Numbered from the stretch's first letter, positions 1 to 10,912 are shown. The stretch: DNA of 64,000 nt from Candidatus Heimdallarchaeota archaeon (GCA_019057815.1 JAHLWR010000004.1:1-64000); one strand, 5' to 3'. The notes: generated by a model from the letters alone, not told the origin. Numbers and translations are program-made.

Positions 1-122
1 TACCCTCCGTAACCCACTCTTTTAAACTGTTACCAAGGTGGGTTTAGTTAACAAATAATTTACAGAAATGTAAAAAAATAGAAATAGGATTTTTTAAAAA
101 CAATGGATTAAACTAGTAAATA

Positions 123-569
123 ATGAACACAAAGTCCATGTTTTACCTTGAAATTATTAAAAAGTCTCATGAAACATTCAAGGATTATCTAAGTCATATA
201 TCTGAAGATGCTCTAGACTGGAAATTTCATGATTACACTGTTACAGCTAGGTGGATTATTAGTCATGTAATTAAGGACCAGAAATGGTTTGTAAACCTTA
301 TTCTAGATAAAAAAGGAAGAAGCAAAGATTATAAAAACTTCAAGAAACTGGAAATTGAAAAGATAATAGCAATTTTTGATGAAGAAATGCAAGAAAATAT
401 TGCTCAACTACAAAAAATAAGTGATGAAGATTTAAATGAAATTAAAGAAGTTAAAGGGTATCCTATGAAAGTGGAAGATCTATTGTTTGAGTATATACAC
501 CATTTAAGTCACCACGGAGGACAACTAGCCCAAATTATGAATGCGTGGAAAAGAGAACAAAGAGCTTAG
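123..569 (+). CDS. DinB/YfiT family protein
   Basis: ~150 aa helical protein with WIISHV and C-terminal HHLSHHGGQL His motifs typical of DinB. Confidence 0.8.
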   Translation: MNTKSMFYLEIIKKSHETFKDYLSHISEDALDWKFHDYTVTARWIISHVIKDQKWFVNLILDKKGRSKDYKNFKKLEIEKIIAIFDEEMQENIAQLQKISDEDLNEIKEVKGYPMKVEDLLFEYIHHLSHHGGQLAQIMNAWKREQRA

Positions 570-582
570 ATGAAATTCATAT

Positions 583-1518
583 CTAGCTTTTTCGCAAAGA
601 TTCTTCGGGTAGGAAAGGTTCAATATGGATTACCAAATTTCTAAATAGGCCCGTTTCTTCTATTTTTGATTTGACTGTCTCTGCAATATCGTGCCCTTCT
701 CTGATTGAAATTTCAGGGTCAACTAAAATATGAAAATCACCAGTATAAACGTTTAAAATTGATCTTAAACGTATTAAATGCACTTCTTTAACTCCATTTA
801 CTGAGAGAGCGATTTCTTGAACCTTTTTTACAATTTCTTCAGGAGAACCTTTGTCCATTAATTCTGGTAAATTTACTTTGACGATTTCATATCCAGTGTA
901 GAAGATTAATAGTACTATAATAAAGGCAGCAGTGGAATCAAACCACCAAATTTTATAGTATGAACCAATTAGTGAAACAATTACCAAAACACTTGAAATC
1001 GTATCAGTTCGATAGTTTTTTGCATTAGCTATAATAACGGGAGAATTCAGTCTTTTTCCTATTCTAAAATTAACAATAGACAAGAAAAGTTTACTAACGA
1101 TTGATACTGAAGCCGCAATCAAAATAATCCACTCAAACTCAAGGAGGAATTTATCCTTTAATCGTTGGATTGCATCACTAGCAATTAAATATGCTGAAAA
1201 GAATAAGATTATTGAAATAGCCAAACTAAAAACTAACTGATACTTTTCATGACCAAAAGGATGAGAAGAATCAGGAGGTTTTTTACCTACTTTCTCTCCA
1301 ATCCCTGCGAAAGAAGCTGAAAATAAATCTAATAATGAATCAAAACCATCTGCTACTAAACTAATAGAACCAAAAATATATCCTACAGCAAGCTTGAATG
1401 ACATAATGATTGCGTTAATTGATATGGATAATGAAGTAGCGACCAAATTGAGCTTAGATTCATTCACAATAAGGTTTTTACATATTCCCTTAAATTTCTT
1501 CTTATAGCTATTCTTCAT
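583..1518 (-). CDS. Cation diffusion facilitator (FieF-like) transporter
   Basis: SLVADGFDS..D, PPDSSHPFGHEK, six TM segments, C-terminal HIEP dimerisation domain. Confidence 0.92.
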   Translation of the reverse strand: MKNSYKKKFKGICKNLIVNESKLNLVATSLSISINAIIMSFKLAVGYIFGSISLVADGFDSLLDLFSASFAGIGEKVGKKPPDSSHPFGHEKYQLVFSLAISIILFFSAYLIASDAIQRLKDKFLLEFEWIILIAASVSIVSKLFLSIVNFRIGKRLNSPVIIANAKNYRTDTISSVLVIVSLIGSYYKIWWFDSTAAFIIVLLIFYTGYEIVKVNLPELMDKGSPEEIVKKVQEIALSVNGVKEVHLIRLRSILNVYTGDFHILVDPEISIREGHDIAETVKSKIEETGLFRNLVIHIEPFLPEESLRKS

Positions 1519-1641
1519 TACAATGTAACATTTGTTGATAGGAAATTGAGAGCTATCTAGCTCAAACTTTAGGGTACTTATTTTCTAATATTGTGAAATG
1601 TATTACGAATATGAGACTTGATGAAAAGAAAGAGGTAAAAA

Positions 1642-3057
1642 ATGGAAAAAAGAGCTATAATCTCAAAAAGAATGATTGTTAGGATGATTATAATTGCGCT
1701 AGTTCTTTTTTCGCTAAGTTTGAATACAACAACTGTTACATCATCAATCAATTATAATACAACATCAGAACCTTCTAACCTAGCTTTAACTACTCATGCT
1801 CCTATTGAAATAACAAGTGATAGCGATTTTGAGGTTTTTCTAGGAACAGGAACAGAAGAGGATCCTTATCTTATTGAGGGTTACAATATCACAACAACTG
1901 ATGACAGTGGTATTTATATCAGTGGCACAACGAAATATTTCATTGTTTGTTCCTGTTATATTGACGCAGAAGATCGTGGTATTTATATCGATAATGTAGC
2001 TGATGGAACAGCAAATGTCATCAACAACACATGCAACAATAACGGCTGGGGTATCTTGCTTTGGTATTCTGGTAGTTCTACTGTCACAAACAACACTTGC
2101 AACAATAACTGGGATGGCATCGTTATTTCCTCGTCTGGCAATTTGACTGTCGCAAACAACACTTGTAGTAACAATAACAACTGGGGTATCTTGCTTGGTT
2201 CTTCTGATTGTGTCGTTACTTACAATCTTCTACAAGAAAATGAAGAATATGGAGTATATTTCTGGTATGGTTGTGATAATAATCTTATTCACCATAATAC
2301 TTTCGTAGATAATAACTTAGGCGATTTTTCTCAAGCTTTTGATTACGGTCGAAAGAACAAATGGTATGACCCTGAGACAAAAGAAGGGAATTATTGGTCA
2401 GACTTGGGAGATGATTGTACGTATAAAATTGATGGTAAATCTCATTCTAAAGACCTATATCCCTTGAATAGAGCACAATCTTGTCCAAATCCTATTACTA
2501 TGACAATACTCTCTATTGTCCTACCTTTACTAGTTTGTGTTGCTATTCTAGCGCTTGTAGTACCAAATTATTTTGTTCCTTATACTCGAAAAACTATCAT
2601 TCCCTATTTTCTCAAACGTAAAGATGAAAGATGTCTTCGAACAGCTAAATTTTTATCTTGTACTAATTGTGGTAATAGCGTCAAATTCTATTCAATATTA
2701 TGCGAAAACTGTGGAATATCTCTTCCAGAGAAAAGAATGAAGGTGCTAGACATCAAGACCAATAGAATAATTGTTATAGTCTATCTATCTTTATTATTCT
2801 TATCAACTGCAATATTACCGTGGGTAGTAGTACCAGGTTATCCTAGTGAGGGTTGGTTGTATTTCGGAGTATTCGGTCTTTTGGGTACTTTTATCCCTTT
2901 AGCTATTATTATGGCTATTATTATCACAACGATACTTTTCCGTTCAAAAATAGCTAGGATGAAATTGTGGAAAAAAGTCGTCCTTCTGATCACTTTATGT
3001 GTTTTGATTTTAGCTGTAATTTTGGCTCCATTTCAACTTTTTTGGGGTATTTTCTAA
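1642..3057 (+). CDS. Secreted NosD/right-handed beta-helix repeat protein with TM, zinc ribbon and C-terminal TM helices
   Basis: Signal peptide, GTGTEEDPYLIEG, NNTCNNN repeats, GNYWSD, TM, CxxC-x10-CxxC, three further TM segments. Confidence 0.8.
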   Translation: MEKRAIISKRMIVRMIIIALVLFSLSLNTTTVTSSINYNTTSEPSNLALTTHAPIEITSDSDFEVFLGTGTEEDPYLIEGYNITTTDDSGIYISGTTKYFIVCSCYIDAEDRGIYIDNVADGTANVINNTCNNNGWGILLWYSGSSTVTNNTCNNNWDGIVISSSGNLTVANNTCSNNNNWGILLGSSDCVVTYNLLQENEEYGVYFWYGCDNNLIHHNTFVDNNLGDFSQAFDYGRKNKWYDPETKEGNYWSDLGDDCTYKIDGKSHSKDLYPLNRAQSCPNPITMTILSIVLPLLVCVAILALVVPNYFVPYTRKTIIPYFLKRKDERCLRTAKFLSCTNCGNSVKFYSILCENCGISLPEKRMKVLDIKTNRIIVIVYLSLLFLSTAILPWVVVPGYPSEGWLYFGVFGLLGTFIPLAIIMAIIITTILFRSKIARMKLWKKVVLLITLCVLILAVILAPFQLFWGIF

Positions 3058-3133
3058 ATATTTGAATTTATTACAAATGTGAATCTTGATGAAAAGAAAG
3101 AGGAAAAAAAAGAAAGAAGAAAGAATAAAAGTT

Positions 3134-4186
3134 TTAGTAAGTTCTTGGTGTTTCATACATTTCTAGTTCAGGGAAACCTCTAGTTTCTAGTCTTATTATT
3201 CGAGAGATTTCATGAATCATTTCGAGAATAGTAACAATTACAATAATTATTACACCTATTTTTATGTAAAGCGCAATGTCTGCACCAGGGAACAAATCTA
3301 ATAAAGGTTGTCTAAGTATCGCAGAATTCAAGTGCAACTGGAGGAATAATGCAATATTCAAACTAGATGGTATAAGGGATAATCCTAAGAATATTTGTTG
3401 GAAACGAACATGTTTACCAACTAATGCTTGAGAGAATTTAATAACGCCTTTAAAAATCATTATTCCTCCAAGTAATCCTAACCAAGGGATTAACTGTGTC
3501 ATGTCAAAGGGATAGAAACTGCTATAGTTATCATAGGGGAAGAAGATAAGTAGAAAACCTATTGTTAAGCTAAAAATCCCTTCGAACAAGAAACTACCTT
3601 GACTTGGAAGCACAGATTTAACTTTCGGTGCTTTAGGTGGTCCTTTTATGGTTTTTGTTACTAATTCTTTAGTTGTTTTAGCTTTACTTCTTATATCTTC
3701 AGGCAAGAAACCTTGCATTGAAAGAACAATAAATATTACAGATAAAACTACAAACCCTGTAACAAAACCGTCAAAAATCCCTTCAAATGTTTGACCAACG
3801 ATCTGTCCAATATTATCACTTCTTCCAATTGTGAAAGCCATAGTTAGAAGATTTGTGAAAAGAACAATCACACCAACAATTAATAGAGATTTATAATACC
3901 ATGGACAGAGTTCAGCTGAAAGGTAAAACTTGGGGGTACCTCTGCGTTTAAACTCCTTAGCGATATCTCGAGGTGAACCCATTTGATAGATAGCTTCCCT
4001 TACATGGATAGCATTAGGCTCTTCACCTTTGGCAAGATCTTCAGCTTTATCCCATATGTGACTCTCTAACTCATCGAGAGTTTCTCGCAATTCAGTTGCA
4101 TTCAATTTAAGCCATAAAGGCAGTTTTTTGGACACTTCATCTCTAAATTCTTTGATTAATTGTTCTTCGTGTTTTTTGTAACTCAT
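3134..4186 (-). CDS. HAAS-signalling-domain membrane protein (PadR partner)
   Basis: N-terminal LDELESHI...AIYQMGSPRDIAKEF pattern followed by several TM helices; 10 bp downstream of padR. Confidence 0.75.
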   Translation of the reverse strand: MSYKKHEEQLIKEFRDEVSKKLPLWLKLNATELRETLDELESHIWDKAEDLAKGEEPNAIHVREAIYQMGSPRDIAKEFKRRGTPKFYLSAELCPWYYKSLLIVGVIVLFTNLLTMAFTIGRSDNIGQIVGQTFEGIFDGFVTGFVVLSVIFIVLSMQGFLPEDIRSKAKTTKELVTKTIKGPPKAPKVKSVLPSQGSFLFEGIFSLTIGFLLIFFPYDNYSSFYPFDMTQLIPWLGLLGGIMIFKGVIKFSQALVGKHVRFQQIFLGLSLIPSSLNIALFLQLHLNSAILRQPLLDLFPGADIALYIKIGVIIIVIVTILEMIHEISRIIRLETRGFPELEMYETPRTY

Positions 4187-4196
4187 TTTTATAACC

Positions 4197-4727
4197 TCAC
4201 TTTAACAGTTCCTCTATGTAGAGGCCACATATATTGCAGAATTTTATTTCTCCATCTGCATACTCTTTAGCGTTAATTTTGTTAGCACAATTTGGGCAGT
4301 AAAAGATCTCTTTGGGTAATTCAATTTCGAATCCCATTAATGGCGCAATTGCTTCTGTAAGTTTAGAAAAGAAACCTTTCATGTGATCAAGAAGTTTCTC
4401 TCCTCTTTCGGTAAGCAGATAATATTTTCTTTGTCTACCTTTTGTATCTCTTTTTTCAGAAAACAAAATTCCCTCTTTTTCTAACTTACGAAGTATGGGG
4501 TATAGTGTGCCTTCTTCGATAACTAATGTGCTTCTAGTCTCTGTTTCCAATTCCTTGAGTAATTGATAACCATAGATACCTTCTTGAGAGTGCTTTTGAA
4601 TCACTGATAATACCGAGAGAGTGGAAATTCCTCGGAGTAATTCTGATTCAAAGCTCTCAACAAAAGAACGAAACTCCTGTAATCCAATTAAGGCTTCTGG
4701 ACGGAATGTTTTGACATTTCTCATCAT
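4197..4727 (-). CDS. PadR family regulator with C-terminal zinc ribbon
   Basis: YGYQLLKEL, EGTLYPILRKLEKEG, RKYYLLTERG; CPNC...CNIC tail. Confidence 0.92.
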   Translation of the reverse strand: MMRNVKTFRPEALIGLQEFRSFVESFESELLRGISTLSVLSVIQKHSQEGIYGYQLLKELETETRSTLVIEEGTLYPILRKLEKEGILFSEKRDTKGRQRKYYLLTERGEKLLDHMKGFFSKLTEAIAPLMGFEIELPKEIFYCPNCANKINAKEYADGEIKFCNICGLYIEELLK

Positions 4728-4777
4728 TTTCGTTTAACTCGTTGACGTTTTAGTAGTCATAATCTACTTATCTATGC

Positions 4778-4798
4778 ATACTATACGTAATATAGTAT
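4778..4798. promoter_or_regulatory. Perfect palindrome, candidate PadR operator
   Basis: ATACTATA-cgtaa-TATAGTAT (8-5-8) about 50 bp upstream of padR, next to a TATA-like sequence. Confidence 0.6.
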
Positions 4799-4871
4799 AT
4801 AAACATTACTAAATCTCACCCGTTTTATTAGATGTGTTGTTACAGAATCAGATATATTATTAAAGCATGAT

Positions 4872-5852
4872 TTGAATTTTATCATAGAAATGGTAAAGGA
4901 GAGCAATGATTTTACGAATAGCAATTCTAAACCTTTAAACAAAAGTATTCTTCTTCTTTACTCATTTACTAGATTTACACTGAATTTTCTTGCTTATTGG
5001 TCAATACTAATCCCTGGTGTTATGATTTTCTATTTTATTAGCAAAATTCGTAGAAAGAAACAAGCTGACACTATTTTACTTGAAAATGGTGTTAACGAAT
5101 ATGAAAAAGTGCGTAGTCTTTTAAGAGAAAGGACTATCTATAGAAGTGTTCATGGTTTGTTCATTTCTAGGTATAATTATGAAGATTTAACTAGAATGCA
5201 TAACTATGGTTTATTTATCATCCCCAAGCGAAATGAGTCAGCACTAAAAGCCTTGCTCCGTTATATTCCTTCTCTTAAAGACCTCCAATGTGATATTTTT
5301 GTTTACAATAAACCTTATGGGAAATATGTAAGCATCAATAAAAATTTCAAGCATTTAAGGGATTTAATAGAAGCGTATAGTTACTTTTTATTAAAAACAG
5401 ATATGTTTTATCATGAAAACGTTATTATACTAACAGGTGCGAAAAGTTTCGATCTAGCTAATGCTCTAACTACACAGTTCCCAACCTCTGGCATTCTTGT
5501 AGACTTTACGCGACATAGACGTAATTTTAACAAGTTGGTAAATACAGTTGACAGTTATGGATCTCTTTCACTAGTTAATTTAGTAGCAAAATACTATGCT
5601 TTTCCTGGAAACTCATCATTAATTGTTCCCAATACAACTGAAGTTATTACTCCATTAATGGTTGTAAGCCATAAAATAGGTAGGTTGAAAAGAACAAGCT
5701 ATTTGCAATGTAGAGTTGGTAGGGTTAAACAAGTAACAATCGAAAAAGCAACTCGAATAAAAGCAATACGATATCCAGAAGAATTCCGTGAAACGATTCT
5801 TTCATTTTTCCACAAGAATAAGGGTAAGAGATCTAACTTCACTCAGAACTAA
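4872..5852 (+). CDS. Hypothetical protein with N-terminal TM segment
   Basis: Long ORF; hydrophobic segment followed by basic residues; no family recognised; start uncertain. Confidence 0.6.
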   Translation: MNFIIEMVKESNDFTNSNSKPLNKSILLLYSFTRFTLNFLAYWSILIPGVMIFYFISKIRRKKQADTILLENGVNEYEKVRSLLRERTIYRSVHGLFISRYNYEDLTRMHNYGLFIIPKRNESALKALLRYIPSLKDLQCDIFVYNKPYGKYVSINKNFKHLRDLIEAYSYFLLKTDMFYHENVIILTGAKSFDLANALTTQFPTSGILVDFTRHRRNFNKLVNTVDSYGSLSLVNLVAKYYAFPGNSSLIVPNTTEVITPLMVVSHKIGRLKRTSYLQCRVGRVKQVTIEKATRIKAIRYPEEFRETILSFFHKNKGKRSNFTQN

Positions 5853-6792
5853 CTATTTCAGTGATTCTGCTGCTAAAAAAAGTTACTAAATCATCTAGAG
5901 ATTTAATTCTCTGAATTTCGTATCTTATTTGGCTTGAATTTCTGAAGCCCTTTACAGTGTTAATTGCGTATGCTTTGATAAATGGGAGAGAGTATTTTGT
6001 TTTTTCTATAGTTTTTTCAACTTTTAGGTGCAATTCAATGAATCTGTTAAAAACATCTATTCTTTCTTCTGGAGTTGTGTGCTCTTTGTGTGCAAAAACA
6101 AGGGGATTTCCTCTAGCCCATCTTCCTATAGCAATACCTGAAACATTTCTATCAAAATAGTCATTAATATCTTGAAGAGAAAAAACGTCCCCATTTGCTA
6201 TAATTGGTGTTTCATATTTTCCTATTATATCTGACAGGAAGTCTCTTCTTGCTGGAACATCATAGCTTTCATTAGCATATCTACCATGTATCATAACCCA
6301 AAACACACCATAATCTTCAGCTATTTTCAGCAGATCATCTAGAACGTAGCTATCCCATCCCAACCTTGTCTTTATAGTGATGGGTAAGCTTGTAGCTTTA
6401 ACTAGAGATTCTATTATTTGTGAAACAGTTTCGAGATTTTTTAAAAGCGCAACTCCTGAACCTGTTGTTGTTACCTTTCTTTTTGGGCAACCTAGATTTA
6501 CATCTATAAATTTGAAGGAAGTATTTTCTTCTACTTCTTTAGCAGCTTTATTGAATAAAATGGGATCATTCCCAAAAAGTTGTATTCCAACATTGGATTC
6601 TAGTTCATCAGTATATACTAACCGTTGTGTATGCATATTTGGTTTTCTATTAAAGTGTTCGAATAACCCTCGTGCGTTAACTAGTTCTGATATTGTGAAA
6701 TGTGCTCCATTTTCAGCTGCAAGAACACGGAATGGATAGCGAGTATAGCGCGCTAATGGCGCTTGAATTAGTGCTTTTTCAGGGATTCGCAT
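5839..6792 (-). CDS. tRNA-dihydrouridine synthase (Dus)
   Basis: QAPLA, IQLFG, DVNLGCPK, GSGVALL, IHGR, IANGDV, IGR motifs. Confidence 0.92.
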   Translation of the reverse strand: MRIPEKALIQAPLARYTRYPFRVLAAENGAHFTISELVNARGLFEHFNRKPNMHTQRLVYTDELESNVGIQLFGNDPILFNKAAKEVEENTSFKFIDVNLGCPKRKVTTTGSGVALLKNLETVSQIIESLVKATSLPITIKTRLGWDSYVLDDLLKIAEDYGVFWVMIHGRYANESYDVPARRDFLSDIIGKYETPIIANGDVFSLQDINDYFDRNVSGIAIGRWARGNPLVFAHKEHTTPEERIDVFNRFIELHLKVEKTIEKTKYSLPFIKAYAINTVKGFRNSSQIRYEIQRIKSLDDLVTFFSSRITEIVSSE

Positions 6793-6830
6793 TAGAATCT
6801 TTTTCCTTGTTTAAGGTGGAATAAGTTAAA

Positions 6831-8177
6831 TTATTTCCCGCCACTAATTCTCACAGGAGCTAATTTCATCCAAGGAGCAATATGTCCATTTCGGTTTTCA
6901 AATTCCTTTGAAAGCATTTCTATTTTTTCTAATATTTCAAAGACAGTTGTACCAATTACTGCATTCTTTATAGGATACTGAATTTCCCCATTCTTTACGT
7001 AAAATCCTTGATTAATTTGTGCTGATACTTGAGGATTATCTCCCATACCAGCTATCGAAGAGTCTATGAGCAAAATCCCTTCTTCAAGATCATCAAGCAT
7101 CTCGTTTTTGGAGGTTTCACCCGTTTTTATTTGTAATGCATATAATGAAGGAGTTGGTCTTGAAGCAAAGGAAGCTCTTGAAGCATGACCAGTATTTTCC
7201 ATACCTACAAGTGGAGCAGAATAAGAATCTGTAATGAATGTTTGGAGAATACCGTTTTTTACTAAGGTTAATTTCTTAGGTACAACACCTTCATCATCAA
7301 AACCAGTCGAATCAGTTCCACCTTCGTAGAAAGGATCATCAACGATTGTTAATTTATCAGCTGCAATTCTATCTCCCACTTTATCTACAAAGAATGCTGT
7401 TTTGTTAAAAACATTAAATGCGTCAATTCCTGTCCCTATAATTGGTGATATGGTACCGTAAGTGCTCTCTGGGTCTAGAAGCACTGGTAGATTAGTTGTT
7501 TTAATCTTCTTAGACCCTAACATTTTCAGAGAACGCTCTCCTGCAAGTCTTCCTATTTCTATATGGTCAAGTTTTTTCATTTGAGTTGCAGTGTCACCAT
7601 AATACGAGTTTCCTATATCATCTCCATCTTGAACCTTGACTTGAACATATCCACCTACTGAGGTCTGGGAAGTTTCTCTGTCTACTCCTAAAGAATTTAA
7701 GATTAATCTTTTTCCATACCCAGCTGTGAATCGTCCCCCAATTATTGCGTCATCTCTGACTTTTGCTTCTTGAATGGTCTCTTGCACCATCTCTGAGAAA
7801 TCTTCTACAGATAGATCTACAATCTCTTGGTCATATAGGTCATTAATTTGTGGAGACTCTCGTTTATCTAATGGTAGTGAGCTGAAATTCGGATCTGGAG
7901 GAGATGCTTTTGCCAACGAATAAGCATTTTTTACTGTTTCTTCAATAGAATCTGACGAAAAAACTGTTGTAGATGACATACCAATAGATTTGTTTTTAAT
8001 TACTCTAATTCCTATTCCTGATGAACTAGTATCTGTAAAATGGTGGATAGACCCTTTTTCAAGCTGAACACTTTTCAAAGAACCATAAATAACATAAGAT
8101 TCAACTTGATCTGCACCAAGAGACCAACCGATTTCAATAGAACGCTTAGCTATATCATACAATGGAAAATCAGACAT
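6831..8177 (-). CDS. tldE: TldE/PmbA family protein
   Basis: GIGIRV, FDDEG, TGHASR; lacks HExxxH; overlaps tldD stop. Confidence 0.88.
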   Translation of the reverse strand: MSDFPLYDIAKRSIEIGWSLGADQVESYVIYGSLKSVQLEKGSIHHFTDTSSSGIGIRVIKNKSIGMSSTTVFSSDSIEETVKNAYSLAKASPPDPNFSSLPLDKRESPQINDLYDQEIVDLSVEDFSEMVQETIQEAKVRDDAIIGGRFTAGYGKRLILNSLGVDRETSQTSVGGYVQVKVQDGDDIGNSYYGDTATQMKKLDHIEIGRLAGERSLKMLGSKKIKTTNLPVLLDPESTYGTISPIIGTGIDAFNVFNKTAFFVDKVGDRIAADKLTIVDDPFYEGGTDSTGFDDEGVVPKKLTLVKNGILQTFITDSYSAPLVGMENTGHASRASFASRPTPSLYALQIKTGETSKNEMLDDLEEGILLIDSSIAGMGDNPQVSAQINQGFYVKNGEIQYPIKNAVIGTTVFEILEKIEMLSKEFENRNGHIAPWMKLAPVRISGGK

Positions 8178-9571
8178 TATAATTTACCTCCTACAACAAG
8201 GTTTGAGACACCAGTATTTGGTCCTCCACCTGTGACTGGAACCCATTGACCTAATTTGCCACATGTACCAAGGAATTCAGGTTGCCAATCTTTACCTACA
8301 GCATAAGTATTCTGCAGTACTTCAAGTGTCATCCCACTCATACCTACATTTCCAAACATCTCACCAATTTCCCCATTTTCAACGATATATCCATATTGAC
8401 AAGTGAAGTAAAATTGCCCTTTTGCTGGTACAACATACCCTCCGTAGGAATTTTTGAGATAGACTCCTTTATTAGTTAACTCTGCAATTTCTTCAATAGA
8501 ATAATTTCCTGATTCAATATACGTATTACTCATTCTGGGGATTGCTGGAACATTAAAATTCATAGCTCGTCCTGAACCATTAGGTTCTACTTCCATTGCT
8601 GTAGCTGTTTCTAAAGTATGAAAATACTCTTTTAGAACACCTTTTTCAACTAGTGTTCGCTTTCTAGCTTTTGTTCCTTCTGAATCATATTCAAATGTTC
8701 CTCTTAAACCTTTTAATGTTGGATCATCATAAATAGATATTTCCTCTATTCCAACTTGAATATCTATTTTGCCTTCTAATATTGATGTTTTTGCAATAAT
8801 TGAATCTGCTTCACATGCATGTCCAAAGGCTTCATGAATGAATACTCCAGTCAAAGAAGGATCCATGATAACATTCATTTTTCCTGAAGGAGGATTTTTG
8901 GCCTTCAATAACTTCTCTGCTTGATTTGCTGCTTCTTCACCTTCTTGCTCGGGTATCCAACCTTCTATCAGTTCCCAACCACCTGCTCCACCCCTTGAAT
9001 CAAACACATTTTGCATGTTAGTACCTTCTCTCCCTACTACATTCTTCATTATTCTAATAACATGATTATTATTTTCTACGCATGTACCTCTGTTATTCAC
9101 TATTACTTCTTTTTTGTGAGTTTCTTGGTATGTTGTAGAAGCTTCTGCAATCTTATCTGAAAACTCTCTAGCTGATTTTTCAGTTTTAGCAATCAAGTTG
9201 AATTTGATTTCCTTATCTATCTCTCGAGGATCTATTGATAACTCAGTTTCTCCTTTCCCCTCAAAAATCCAATCATCACTTATAGACCTTATTTCTTTTG
9301 TGAATCTTGCTCCAGCTTGTGCAATTCGGATAGCTTTTTGTGCTGACTTGAGAATCGATTCTTTATCTTGACGAATAGTAGAAGTAAATCCCCATGCATT
9401 ATTGATTAAAGCACGTATAGCTGTACCACCAGTTGTATGACTACTAACACTGTCGAATCTTCCATTTCTAACAGTAAAAGACTCGCCTGTTGAATAAGAA
9501 AAACGAATATCTACGAATTCTGAAGGTTTTAGTGTTAGTTTATTAATAACTTTTTCAAGTTTTTCGAGCAT
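8177..9571 (-). CDS. tldD: TldD family metalloprotease
   Basis: HEAFGH, YDSEG, PRMSNT, CGK; ATG at 9571 preferred. Confidence 0.92.
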   Translation of the reverse strand: MLEKLEKVINKLTLKPSEFVDIRFSYSTGESFTVRNGRFDSVSSHTTGGTAIRALINNAWGFTSTIRQDKESILKSAQKAIRIAQAGARFTKEIRSISDDWIFEGKGETELSIDPREIDKEIKFNLIAKTEKSAREFSDKIAEASTTYQETHKKEVIVNNRGTCVENNNHVIRIMKNVVGREGTNMQNVFDSRGGAGGWELIEGWIPEQEGEEAANQAEKLLKAKNPPSGKMNVIMDPSLTGVFIHEAFGHACEADSIIAKTSILEGKIDIQVGIEEISIYDDPTLKGLRGTFEYDSEGTKARKRTLVEKGVLKEYFHTLETATAMEVEPNGSGRAMNFNVPAIPRMSNTYIESGNYSIEEIAELTNKGVYLKNSYGGYVVPAKGQFYFTCQYGYIVENGEIGEMFGNVGMSGMTLEVLQNTYAVGKDWQPEFLGTCGKLGQWVPVTGGGPNTGVSNLVVGGKL

Positions 9572-9680
9572 TATAATACCTTTTTCAAGCAATCTTGAGT
9601 TTGTTCATAAAAGTTTGCTTAAAAATATAGTGACAGTTCTAACAAAAATTAAAAAATCAAAAACGAAAAAAAGATCGTGA

Positions 9681-10709
9681 TTAGACTACAATATCTGATT
9701 TAACTTTGCATTTTCTACATGTACCATCTTTTGATAGATTTTCAATTTTAACATTATAATTGACTCTCTCAACCAGAATTGCTTCACAGCTTTGGCAATA
9801 AGTTGTATTGATTTCAGAGTATGGTAAATTGCCAGTATACACATATTTTAAACCCATTTCTTCAGCTGTTTTACTGGCATTAATTACTGTTTCAACTGGT
9901 GTGGCAGTTACGTCTCTCATTTTATAATGGGGATAAAAGCGGCTGAAATGGATAGGGACCTTATCATCCATTTGTTTCATAACCCATTCAGAAAAAAGCT
10001 TGATATCTTCTGGTTTGTCATTATATTCAGGAATTATAAGCATAGTAAGTTCTACGTGGATACCTCGATTCCACATTTTAGTTGCAGTTTTCTTAATAAT
10101 TTCTAAACCTGGAAAATGACATATTTTGCTATAAAAATCACCATCAAAAGATTTAATGTCTATATTTGCTGCATCTATTACTGGAATCAGTTCTTCTAAA
10201 GGTTCTTCGTTAATTAAACCGTTTGTAACTAAGATGTTTGCGATACCAACCTCATGAGCTTTTTTACCTGTATCTTTAATCCATTCAAAATTGATCAAAG
10301 GTTCATTGTAGGTATAAGCAATGGTTTCACAATTATGTTCTTTTGTACGATTAATTGCTTGATCTGAAGTAATATTTATCATATTATTACTCTCTGCTGA
10401 AAGTTGAGATATTTGCCAATTTTGGCAGAAATCGCACATAAGATTACACCCCGCGCCCCCAAAACTCATTGTGTGTGTACCAGGTTTGAAATGATAAAGA
10501 GGTTTCTTCTCGATAGGATCATCATGAACTGATGTAAAGCGATTGTATCCTAAAGCATAAAGCTTTCCATTTAAATTCTTTCTAGATAAACATTGTCCTA
10601 ACGTACCAAGCTGTATTGTGCAATTCCTTGGACAAAGAAGACATTGAACTTTATTGTCTTCCTTAGTTGCATAATAGGATGCTTCATGTAGTTCTTTCAA
10701 TTTAATCAC
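9681..10709 (-). CDS. AmmeMemoRadiSam-type radical SAM enzyme
   Basis: CLLCPRNC, DPIEKKPLYHF, GCNLMCDFCQNW, YTYNEP, HFSRFYP, YVYTGN, C-terminal CxxC pairs. Confidence 0.9.
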   Translation of the reverse strand: MIKLKELHEASYYATKEDNKVQCLLCPRNCTIQLGTLGQCLSRKNLNGKLYALGYNRFTSVHDDPIEKKPLYHFKPGTHTMSFGGAGCNLMCDFCQNWQISQLSAESNNMINITSDQAINRTKEHNCETIAYTYNEPLINFEWIKDTGKKAHEVGIANILVTNGLINEEPLEELIPVIDAANIDIKSFDGDFYSKICHFPGLEIIKKTATKMWNRGIHVELTMLIIPEYNDKPEDIKLFSEWVMKQMDDKVPIHFSRFYPHYKMRDVTATPVETVINASKTAEEMGLKYVYTGNLPYSEINTTYCQSCEAILVERVNYNVKIENLSKDGTCRKCKVKSDIVV

Positions 10710-10912
10710 AAAAGGATTTTATCAGTATTTTATCCTTATACTCAATAACTATAAATCTGTCGTTGCTATAGTTTTGGAAAATTTATCTGCTTAGAGTCCT
10801 TAAAATTTGGTTAATCATTCCTAATAATTCTTGTGCATAACAGCATATTTATTAAAAGTATAACAAAAAAAAGAATAGGTTTAATGAAGAAGTTTGCATG
10901 GTTGTTTAAACA

